A stretch of 32,000 nt of DNA from Dehalococcoidia bacterium (GCA_965219725.1 CBDCOF010000002.1:1905433-1937432); one strand, 5' to 3'. Positions 7,839 through 14,935 are shown, counted from the first letter of the stretch. Numbers and translations: made by a program. The notes: generated from the letters alone by a model not told the origin.

Positions 7839-9107
7839 TTAGCTGTTGGATGGACCGGCCCCGTTGCCCACGGCAACTGCATCTTCGGTGGGCTTGCCGG
7901 TGGCGGGATTTACCTCAAATGGGCCGGGCAGGTCCAGTTCCTTGGCCATTTCCCGCACTGCCGGGATTACCTCTTCGCCCATGAGCCTCAGGCTGCGCAT
8001 GGAGTCTTCGTGGGTCATGGCTCCGTCGCCGTCCCAGAAGAAGATGCTGCCGGGCCGCAGGTACTCGAGGACGTGGCGTATCTTGGGTATTACCGTCTTG
8101 GGCGAGCCTACGGTGATGGTGTAGTTCTCAAGCTGGTCCTCGTAGGACCTCTGCAATGCTCCCCCGCGACCTGTGGGGGCCACAGACCTGGTGGGGAGCA
8201 CCCTGGTCCTGGAGGTGAGGCCGGGAAGCTGGATCAATGCGCTGTTCTGGATGCCCTCATTGCCTGCCAGGAAAGGGTTGCTGGGGCCCTGAACGTACTT
8301 TCTGCCTATCTCAATGGCCATCTGGTCGGTCTCATCCACGTGGACCTTCCACAGGTAGCCTATGTTCTGGGGTCCCGACTCGTAGCCCATCTCGGCGGCT
8401 GTCTCGTGGTATAGGTCGAAAGCCTGCCTGGTTGGACCTAGCTCTGTGGACAGCATTATGTAGGGGATGCGGTTCCTGGCAGCCCATAGCAAGGAGTCAC
8501 GGCTGATGACACCCGGCAGCCAGATTTGAGGATGGGGCTTCTGGTAGGGCCTCACCCAGGGGTTGACATAGCGGTACTGGTAGTGCTTGCCTTCCCATCG
8601 GAAGGGGCCTGGGTCCGTCCACGCCTTCACCACAAAGTCGTGGGCTTCCTGGAACCGCTCCCAGTTGTAGGGCGGGGGGATGTTGTGGGCCACGCTCTCG
8701 CGGCCCGTGCCGCGCACCCAACCGGATATGAGACGGCCGTGGGAGATCATATCTATCATGGCAAGCTGTTCCACCAGCCACAGGGGGTCGTCCCACAGGG
8801 GAAGGATGTTGCCCAGGAGGGCAATCCTGGCCTTCTTGGTTATCCGCGCCAAGATGGAAGCCTCCACGTTCATGGCGCCGCCCATGCAGAAGGGGGTGCT
8901 GTGATGCTCATTGAGCATCAGGCAGTCGAAGCCCACCTCTTCAGCGTAAATCTTCTCGTCCAGATACCTGTTGTACAGGTCTGCTCCCAGGTGTGCGTCA
9001 TATATATCGTTGCTGAGGTCCAGGTCCTGTATGGGTTTCCCCGTTGAGCCGAAGTACCCAGACTTCGGGTCCTGATAGGGTCGTTCCGTAAAGTACCCTA
9101 TGAGCAT
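7839..9107 (-). CDS. Luciferase-like monooxygenase, paralog 2 (tandem duplicate)
   Basis: Highly similar to 6454-7698, including a 65-aa identical stretch SGWVRGTGRES...YQKPHP. The track start GTG 9113 overlaps the SD GAGGAGG. ATG 9107 gives MLIGYFTERPYQ, the same N-terminus as paralog 1, with 5-nt SD spacing. Confidence 0.9.
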   Translation of the reverse strand: MLIGYFTERPYQDPKSGYFGSTGKPIQDLDLSNDIYDAHLGADLYNRYLDEKIYAEEVGFDCLMLNEHHSTPFCMGGAMNVEASILARITKKARIALLGNILPLWDDPLWLVEQLAMIDMISHGRLISGWVRGTGRESVAHNIPPPYNWERFQEAHDFVVKAWTDPGPFRWEGKHYQYRYVNPWVRPYQKPHPQIWLPGVISRDSLLWAARNRIPYIMLSTELGPTRQAFDLYHETAAEMGYESGPQNIGYLWKVHVDETDQMAIEIGRKYVQGPSNPFLAGNEGIQNSALIQLPGLTSRTRVLPTRSVAPTGRGGALQRSYEDQLENYTITVGSPKTVIPKIRHVLEYLRPGSIFFWDGDGAMTHEDSMRSLRLMGEEVIPAVREMAKELDLPGPFEVNPATGKPTEDAVAVGNGAGPSNS

Positions 9108-9177
9108 TGTCACCTCCTCATCTTGCTACCTATCCCACGGGCATAGCCAAGACCCGGCTGCCCGGGCCAAGACAACT

Positions 9178-9212
9178 GGCGGTATTATAATACCGCCTCA
9201 GCTAGTTGTCCA
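9178..9212 (-). promoter_or_regulatory. Palindrome GGCGGTATTATAATACCGCC overlapping a candidate internal promoter (TGGACA-17-TATAAT)
   Basis: On the minus strand, -35 TGGACA is at 9212-9207 and -10 TATAAT at 9189-9184, about 75 nt upstream of LLM paralog 2. The 20-bp perfect palindrome at 9178-9197 could equally be a hairpin or an operator. Confidence 0.3.
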
Positions 9213-9273
9213 TTGATAGACGCCATTGGCTGCTTTCACACTGTTTATACCATAACCGAGGGCTTACATAGCA

Positions 9274-10077
9274 TCAGGAGCCGGAGAGGAACCCCTGCAC
9301 CAGGCGGACGAACTCGTCGGGCTTCTCCACCTCTGGGCGGTGGCCGCAGTTGTCTATGATGGACAACCGAGAACCTCTGATGGAATCTCGATATACCTCG
9401 CCCACGCTCAGGGGGACTATGGGGTCTTCCCTCCCCCAGATGATGCGGGTGGGGAGGTTTCTGACCATCCGCAGCAGATGGGGCAGGGCGGGATAGTGCA
9501 TGTAGGGCCTCCAACTCAGGCGGCAAGACTCCTCCCTGGCTATTTCCCATGCTTCGGCCTGTTCAGGGGTGGCTTCATCGGGGCATATCGTCTGGAACTC
9601 GGGGGTGTTGGCCGGGTCCAGGACGCTGTTGGTGATGTACTCCCTGGCGACCACCAGGAACATATCGTAGATTTCCCCGTCGGGGGGCCGTATTCCGGGG
9701 GCATCTACTATAATCATCTTCTTGAACCTATCGGAGCACATGGTAGCCATCTCTGCGGAGAGCCATCCACCTATGCCTAGACCCATGACGTTGACCTGGC
9801 CTAGTCCCAGGTCATCCATGGCGCCCAGATACCAGCCGCTCATGTCCCGCATGTTCATTATCCAGTCCAGCCTGGGCGACTTTCCATAACCGGGGTGTGA
9901 GGGTATATACAGGGTATAGTCCTGTGCCAGGGCTTCGTGAGAGCGCAGCCAGGCGTGATGGCCTATCTCATCATGGAGGACAAGCAGGGGTTCTCCTCTG
10001 CCTCCCTTGATAAGCTGTATCTGGGACCCCCCCACGTTGACTGTCTCTTCCGTCCAAGTCTGGGAACTTATGGTCAT
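9274..10077 (-). CDS. Alpha/beta-hydrolase fold protein (meta-cleavage-product-hydrolase-like) lacking the nucleophile Ser
   Basis: 267 aa. The nucleophile elbow reads VNVMGLGIGGW (G-L-G-I-G-G where G-x-S-x-G-G is expected, codon GGC). HD replaces the usual HG (LLVLHDEIG). The acid (REDPIVP) and His (NCGHRP) positions are retained. Confidence 0.85.
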   Translation of the reverse strand: MTISSQTWTEETVNVGGSQIQLIKGGRGEPLLVLHDEIGHHAWLRSHEALAQDYTLYIPSHPGYGKSPRLDWIMNMRDMSGWYLGAMDDLGLGQVNVMGLGIGGWLSAEMATMCSDRFKKMIIVDAPGIRPPDGEIYDMFLVVAREYITNSVLDPANTPEFQTICPDEATPEQAEAWEIAREESCRLSWRPYMHYPALPHLLRMVRNLPTRIIWGREDPIVPLSVGEVYRDSIRGSRLSIIDNCGHRPEVEKPDEFVRLVQGFLSGS

Positions 10078-10127
10078 CTTTATGCTTCCTTCTCAGGCAT
10101 CTCTAGTTGAGCATAGACATGGTCCTG

Positions 10128-10177
10128 ACAATATTGTAAGTCCGCCCGATTATAGGACGGCGCTCATTTCTTGTCAA
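10128..10177 (-). promoter_or_regulatory. Consensus sigma70-type promoter plus a downstream 10-bp palindrome
   Basis: The minus strand reads TTGACA (10177-10172), a 17-nt spacer, then TATAAT (10154-10149). The perfect palindrome ACAATATTGT (10128-10137) lies just after the expected transcription start. The hydrolase ATG (10077) is about 65 nt downstream with GAAGGAAG as SD. Confidence 0.55.
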
Positions 10178-10244
10178 CCTGTGTTCCCCTCCGGCAACTG
10201 TTCAGAGTTAAGGTCTCATTCCGGCCCCAACCCGTTATTGCCTT

Positions 10245-10373
10245 GAAAATAGATGCCCACCGTCATTCCCGCTAAGGCGGGAATCCAGGGTCCCACGACG
10301 TAGGCGGCCATTGCGAGTCACCCACCCCCCATCCCTGGATTCCGGCCTACGCCGGAATGACGGTTACGCAAAG
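10245..10373. repeat. Family-1 composite element (complete two-hairpin unit)
   Basis: GAAAATAGATGCCCACC-GTCATTCCCGC-TAAG-GCGGGAATCCAGGGT ... CCCTGGATTCCGGC-CTAC-GCCGGAATGAC-GGTTACGCAAAG. The two roughly 30-bp arms are inverted copies of each other. Confidence 0.85.
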
Positions 10374-10419
10374 TTCTCTTTGGATTGGCTAAAGGTGTAC
10401 AATAAGATTCGTAGAAGTC

Positions 10420-10764
10420 ATGCAGTTTGTAGATAAGTATTTAGGTTTTTCCGCCATTGTGTTTATATTGTCAATCGGCCTGATAGTGTGGTATGAGACT
10501 GACTACATAACCCACGATACCAAAGTGGAGACAGTGATCTCTATCCTGCAATGGTTCGGCACAGTGGTGGCGGGTCAGGTTATCTTCATAGTGATATGGG
10601 AGGGTGTTATGGTATTGGCAGCACGTCTTAGGGAGAAGCGCATACAGGAAGCCCTGGAAAGGGGAAGGAAAGAAGGACGGGAAGAAATTCTCAGTCGCTT
10701 GTCCGAAGAACAACGCCGTCAGTTGGACGAATGGTTAAAGGACGCTCCTATTCCTTCCGACTAG
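10420..10764 (+). CDS. Hypothetical small membrane protein (2 TM plus a charged C-terminal helix)
   Basis: 114 aa with lower GC. TM segments are FSAIVFILSIGLIVW and WFGTVVAGQVIFIVIWEGVMVLAA. The C-terminus is K/R/E-rich. The SD is weak and no family was recognised. Confidence 0.5.
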   Translation: MQFVDKYLGFSAIVFILSIGLIVWYETDYITHDTKVETVISILQWFGTVVAGQVIFIVIWEGVMVLAARLREKRIQEALERGRKEGREEILSRLSEEQRRQLDEWLKDAPIPSD

Positions 10765-10795
10765 ACATTATGGCATGGCCTCAGCCCTGAAAACA

Positions 10796-10825
10796 CTAGA
10801 CCGCCAACAGGCGGTCTAGTTGTTT
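10796..10825. terminator. Rho-independent-type hairpin, potentially bidirectional
   Basis: CTAGACCGCC-AACA-GGCGGTCTAG is followed by TTGTTT on the plus strand and by TGTTTTC on the minus strand. It lies 32 nt after the stop of 10420-10764. Confidence 0.6.
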
Positions 10826-10915
10826 GAAGGAAAGCCTGGAAAAGATTCCTTCACCTATTCACCCTATGATTTCAAAATGACACACTGCTTCTTCTCCGCC
10901 CAGGGCCTTTTAGTT

Positions 10916-11010
10916 GTCATTCCGAGCGGAGCGAGGAATCTGAAATTCCTGCGGCTGGTTAACTTTGGCAACAGCAAGAATCTTAGATTCCTCCCGTCGG
11001 TCGGAATGAC
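10916..11010. repeat. Variant GTCATTCC...GGAATGAC inverted-repeat element (MITE-like, 95 bp)
   Basis: The left arm is GTCATTCCGAGCGGAGCGAGGAATCT and the right arm AGATTCCTCCCGTCGGTCGGAATGAC (imperfect inverted copies), around a 43-bp core. It shares the GTCATTCC/GGAATGAC termini with family 1. Confidence 0.7.
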
Positions 11011-11071
11011 AGGAAATGTTCAGGGCGCTTCCGCCAGTCGTCATCCCGCCAGTCGCCCCAGGGCACCGGAA

Positions 11072-14000
11072 TCATCCGCCGGACTCCCCAGGGATGGAAG
11101 TGGTGGCGGGCGTGAGGGTGACGGCGGTGCTGCTCAGCCATTGGTTGGCCTCGGCGTCGGAGGGGAGGAAGCGGGCCGACGGGAGCAGGCGCTCACCCCA
11201 TTCGCCGCTCGTGTCCTGCTGCTGGAGGGCGAACTCGACGCGGCCATCGGCCAGCAGCTGCGCGGTGATGCGTATCACAAGGCTTGGGTCGCCCTCGAGG
11301 ATGGTCAGCTGGGAACTGTTCAACCAGGTCCCGGCCGCGGCGCCAGAGGGGAAGAAGCGGGCCGACGGGAGCATTCGCTCGCCCCATTCGCCGTTGGAGT
11401 CCTGCTGCTGGAGGGCGAACTCGACGCGGCCATCGGCCAGCCTCTGCGCGGCGATGCGTACCACGAGGCTTGGGTCGTCCTCGAGGACGGTCAGCGAGGA
11501 ACTGTTGGACCATGTCCCGGTCGCGGCGTCGGAGGGGAGGAAGCGGGCGGTTGGGAGCATTCGCTCGCCCCATTCGCCGTTGGAGTCCTGCTGCTGTAGG
11601 GCGAACTCGACGCTGCCGTCGGCCAGCCTCTGGGCGGAGATGCGCAGCACCAGGCCTGGGTCGCCCTCAATGACGGTCAGGGGGGAACTGTTCAACCATT
11701 GCCCGGTAGCGGCGTCCGAGGGGAGGAAGCGGGCCGATGGGAGCATACGCTCGCCCCATTCGCCGTTCCGGTCCTGCTGCTGGAGGGCGAACTCGATGCT
11801 GCCGTCGGCCAGCCTCTGTGCGGAGATGCGCACGTCGACCCCGGAGGTCCCGCTGCCCACCGGCCCTTGGTCCGCACTGCCCACAGTCACTGCGACCTCG
11901 ATCTGCGCGGAGGCTGCCGGACTCCCGTCGTCGGTGGCGGTGACGGTCAGCGAGTAGACGTTGGTCCCGGCGGAACTGCCGGTCGTATCGAGGTCGCCGG
12001 TGCCGGCCAGGGTCAGGCTGCCCTCTTGGTCTATCTCGAACCCCGACGCGTCGGGTCCCGACAGCGACCACGTAACGGTGTCGCCCTCGGGGTCTTCGGC
12101 CTGGTACTGGGCGATGGGACTGTTGTGGTCTTCGTCCAGGGAGATTGCGGCATCTCCGGTGACCGGGCCTACCTCGTTGATGTTGGTGACCTGTACGTCA
12201 ACGCGCAGGGTGTCGGTCCGGCTGGGAGAGCCGTCGTCGGTGGCCCGTATCCTCACCCGGTAGGTGTTGCCTCGGAAGCCGGCGGGGTCCTCGTAGTCCG
12301 GCGACTCCTTGAAACTGAGAGAGCCATCCCCAGAGATTGTGAACTTATCGCCGTCCTCTCTGCCCACTATCTGGATGTCCCAGGATATAGCATCGTCGTC
12401 CGGGTCGTTAGCCGTGTAGGTGGCGACGGGGCCGGTCCCGTTCTCCTGGTACGATGGGTTGACTGGTCCTTCTATATTGGGGCGCCGGTTCGCGCCTCCT
12501 CCTCCTCCTCCGCCACCACCGCCGTTGTTGGTGGGAGAAGGGGGATTGGGCCCGGGGGTAGTGGTGGGGGTAGGGGTAGGGGTGGTAGGTGGGGGGGACC
12601 CGTCGCTGATGGTCACTGTAGCGCCGCTGGGCGAACCCGCCTCCACACCCGTGAGGGTGCCGAAACCCAGATTGATGGTCTCGTCCTCTGTGTCTGAGTC
12701 TGCGGTGGTAGTAATGGTGAAAGACTTGGAGTCATCTCCCGCGTTGAAGACTAGCTCGTTGCTCCCCGTCAGCCCAGTAATAGTATAATCGTCGGCTTCC
12801 GCATTACCGCTAATGGTTATCGGGACCGTCACCGTTGAGGTGGCCTGGGAGGACAGATTAACCTCGACCGTAATCGGATCTCCCTCCTCTTCACTGTAGG
12901 TTGAGGCCCCATAGCTCACCGTAATGGGCGCGCCGGTGTCGCTGGCTTCTATGGTGATGGTCTCCGGGTCGGTGGTGGTACTGCCATGCCTGGCCGTGAC
13001 CATGATGGTCTCTCTGGGCTCATTGTCATCGTCGTCCACCGCGGTGATGGTGGCCGCCGTGGACTCGCTCTGCCCGGTCCGGAGGGTGAGGGTATCGGAG
13101 GAAACGTTGTAGTCCTCCGCCCCCGCCGTGCTGCCGGTGAAGTCCAGGGTGATGGTCTGGTCTTCCGCAAAGGTGACGCCGTTGGTGATGGAGACGGTCA
13201 CTGTCGAATCTTCTCCCTCGGTGATGGAGTTGTGGGTGACTAACAGGCCGAACTCGGCGGTGTCGTTGTCCCGGACGATCACCGAGGCCGAGCGCGCGCC
13301 AGCAATCTGGTAGCGCGACGGAGCCGTAATGGTTGCTGTGATTACGCTGTTGTCCTTCACTACCGTATCGTTTTCCGTCTCTACCGTCAGGGTGGCAGTG
13401 TCGGCGCCTACTTCGAAAGTCACCGACGACGGTGCATCGTCGCTTACCACGGACCCGGGATCTGAAACCCTCACGTTCACGCTCAGTTCGTTCGCGGTGT
13501 CCCCGGAGCGGACCAGGGTGAAGGCCGCCGGTCTGCCCTCGTTGACCATGCCCCTGGATGGTGGTGCGATGGAGACTGTGGGACCTGTCACATCGTCGAC
13601 GTCGAAAATGTTCACTGTTATGCTGTTGTCCTCCATTGGCGATATGATGGTATCCCCAGTATCGTTCACCACCTCATGGGTCAACCTCACTCCCAGGTTA
13701 TCTTGATCGTCTTCGTCCTCGCCTGCGGTCACTATCATAGCCTGTGGCGAATCCCAATTGCCGTCATAGCTCCCCCCACATCGGCTGTTGCCAGTCTTGA
13801 GCTGAGCCGTTGACTCCACTGTTATACCCGTATTCGCCGTACCCCGCACAAATACCCACAAAGTTTCGTTACACCCAACATTGCCGAACTCCGCGGGGTT
13901 TTTGTCAAAATACACTCTGTAAGTGGCTGTTCCCTCCTCGCTAACGTTCAGGGTGGTGGGTTTCACTATCAGCTTGGGAGGCTCGTTGGTCTGGGCGGAG

Positions 14001-14110
14001 GCCGGATGGGCCAGGAGGAGCATGGCGGCAACCACGCCGGCGGCGCATACCGCGAGTATCCCGGCAAGGGCCAGGGTGAGCCGAGGGTGTCCAAGTAAGT
14101 TCATCATCAC
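11072..14110 (-). CDS. Large secreted/cell-surface protein: signal peptide, Calx-beta-like domains, P/T- and Gly-rich linker, two cadherin-like domains, four C-terminal 62-aa repeats
   Basis: 1012 aa. The N-terminus (LTLALAGILAVCAAGVVAAMLLLAHPASA-QT) is signal-peptide-like. Repeated acidic motifs (VDDDDNEPRE, TADSDTEDET) look like Calx-beta. DPDDDAISW...YRVRIRATDDG...VTNINE and DPEGDTVTW...TATDDG look like cadherin. Confidence 0.9.
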   Translation of the reverse strand: MMMNLLGHPRLTLALAGILAVCAAGVVAAMLLLAHPASAQTNEPPKLIVKPTTLNVSEEGTATYRVYFDKNPAEFGNVGCNETLWVFVRGTANTGITVESTAQLKTGNSRCGGSYDGNWDSPQAMIVTAGEDEDDQDNLGVRLTHEVVNDTGDTIISPMEDNSITVNIFDVDDVTGPTVSIAPPSRGMVNEGRPAAFTLVRSGDTANELSVNVRVSDPGSVVSDDAPSSVTFEVGADTATLTVETENDTVVKDNSVITATITAPSRYQIAGARSASVIVRDNDTAEFGLLVTHNSITEGEDSTVTVSITNGVTFAEDQTITLDFTGSTAGAEDYNVSSDTLTLRTGQSESTAATITAVDDDDNEPRETIMVTARHGSTTTDPETITIEASDTGAPITVSYGASTYSEEEGDPITVEVNLSSQATSTVTVPITISGNAEADDYTITGLTGSNELVFNAGDDSKSFTITTTADSDTEDETINLGFGTLTGVEAGSPSGATVTISDGSPPPTTPTPTPTTTPGPNPPSPTNNGGGGGGGGGGANRRPNIEGPVNPSYQENGTGPVATYTANDPDDDAISWDIQIVGREDGDKFTISGDGSLSFKESPDYEDPAGFRGNTYRVRIRATDDGSPSRTDTLRVDVQVTNINEVGPVTGDAAISLDEDHNSPIAQYQAEDPEGDTVTWSLSGPDASGFEIDQEGSLTLAGTGDLDTTGSSAGTNVYSLTVTATDDGSPAASAQIEVAVTVGSADQGPVGSGTSGVDVRISAQRLADGSIEFALQQQDRNGEWGERMLPSARFLPSDAATGQWLNSSPLTVIEGDPGLVLRISAQRLADGSVEFALQQQDSNGEWGERMLPTARFLPSDAATGTWSNSSSLTVLEDDPSLVVRIAAQRLADGRVEFALQQQDSNGEWGERMLPSARFFPSGAAAGTWLNSSQLTILEGDPSLVIRITAQLLADGRVEFALQQQDTSGEWGERLLPSARFLPSDAEANQWLSSTAVTLTPATTSIPGESGG
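11095..11836 (-). repeat. Four in-frame tandem repeats, 186 bp / 62 aa each, within the surface-protein CDS
   Basis: The landmark GCGGGC(C/G)G recurs at 11171, 11357, 11543 and 11729, giving an exact 186-bp period. The unit is RI-AQRLADG-(V/I)EFALQQQD-NGEWGERMLPSARF(L/F)PS-AA-G-W-NSS-LT. Confidence 0.9.
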
Positions 14111-14454
14111 AATGTCTCCCTGTGATTATATGAATTGGGGGAATCGGGGTGCGCTATCAGAACGAGCAGACGCGGAGACGCTCCCGGTGGTGGTAATGCT
14201 GCTACCGGAACTTAATATAATAGCTCTCTGTATATATCTATAAGCTATTTCTATAAGAATGTAACAAAAACTTGAAAGACGATGCAACTATTCCCGTACA
14301 TACCCCGCGCCACCAGCAAGGTACTCTACCAGAACTCCCGGCCTGCTGTCCAGATATAAAGGGTGATATTTTGCGAGATTATTACAAAATCTGAGACCAC
14401 CATCCCCCCGCAGGGCCAGGGCCGCCCGGCCCCAACCCGTCACAGCTATGGAAA

Positions 14455-14595
14455 TAGCCAGGCCCCAGGCCGGAATCCAGGGGTGGGGGTGGGTGACTCG
14501 CAGTGACCGCCTACATCGCGGGACCCTGGATTCCCGCGAAAGCGGGAATTGCCCATGGCCTTGCAAAGGCCAAGTAAGGGGATGAAAATGACGGG
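14455..14595. repeat. Family-1 element (left hairpin truncated)
   Basis: GGCCGGAATCCAGGGGTGGGGGTGGGTGACTCGCAGTGACCGCCTACATCGCGGGACCCTGGATTCCCGC-GAAA-GCGGGAAT ... GGATGAAAATGACGG is colinear with the unit of the 17.2-kb array. Confidence 0.8.
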
Positions 14596-14614
14596 CAGCT
14601 CCAGCCCAAGTAGT

Positions 14615-14749
14615 CCCTTCCCCCTTCGACGGGGGAAGGTTAGGATGGGGGTGATGGCGTGAACAGGAAAAATTTGAGTTCTGTGCGACGATTCCAGTTA
14701 GCAGACCCATCACCCCCACCTCAATCCTCCCCCGTCAAGGGGGAGGAGG
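14615..14749. repeat. Family-2 nested-palindrome element (135 bp)
   Basis: The left arm is CCCTTCCCCC-TTCGAC-GGGGGAAGGTTAGGATGGGGGTGATGG and the right arm CCATCACCCCCACCTCAATCCTCCCCC-GTCAA-GGGGGAGGAGG. The 43-bp arms are inverted copies, each with its own short hairpin, flanking a roughly 49-bp AT-richer core. Confidence 0.8.
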
Positions 14750-14881
14750 CAACTGCACAAGGATTGTGAGACAGGCTCCAAGGGGTTGCCCCTACCGTGA
14801 GATACACCTCCGGGTGTTGTAGGGGCAGTCCTTGTGACTGCCCTGGATGGAGAATCGAAAGACCCTGCCGCGCCCCTCAGG

Positions 14882-14911
14882 TTGCCTATGGCGCAGGCCA
14901 AGGGGTAGAAT
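14882..14911 (+). promoter_or_regulatory. Candidate promoter TTGCCT-18-TAGAAT upstream of the MMPL gene
   Basis: The hexamers were read from the sequence. The ATG at 14936 is about 18 nt after the expected transcription start, and the SD is weak. Confidence 0.3.
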
Positions 14912-14935
14912 AGATTACAACCTGAAAGTCGGTGC

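Noticed and set aside
9111-9113. GTG 9113 as the start of LLM paralog 2
   Set aside because: It overlaps the SD GAGGAGG itself. ATG 9107 has correct spacing and gives the same N-terminus as paralog 1.
10820-12697. Plus-strand ORFs 10820-11599, 11016-11957, 11284-11673 and 11699-12697, some showing internal repeats
   Set aside because: Their periodicity is only the antisense image of the 186-bp coding repeats of the minus-strand surface protein. The translations are Arg/Gly/Ala-rich with no domain pattern.
14775-14850. Cluster of nested hairpins (GCCCCTAC...GTAGGGGC, ACACC-TCCG-GGTGT, GGCAGTC-CTTGT-GACTGCC) as a possible riboswitch or leader RNA for the MMPL gene
   Set aside because: They lie upstream of the best promoter candidate (14882-14911) and directly abut the family-2 repeat. 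I recognised no known riboswitch consensus. They are more likely repeat-associated structure.
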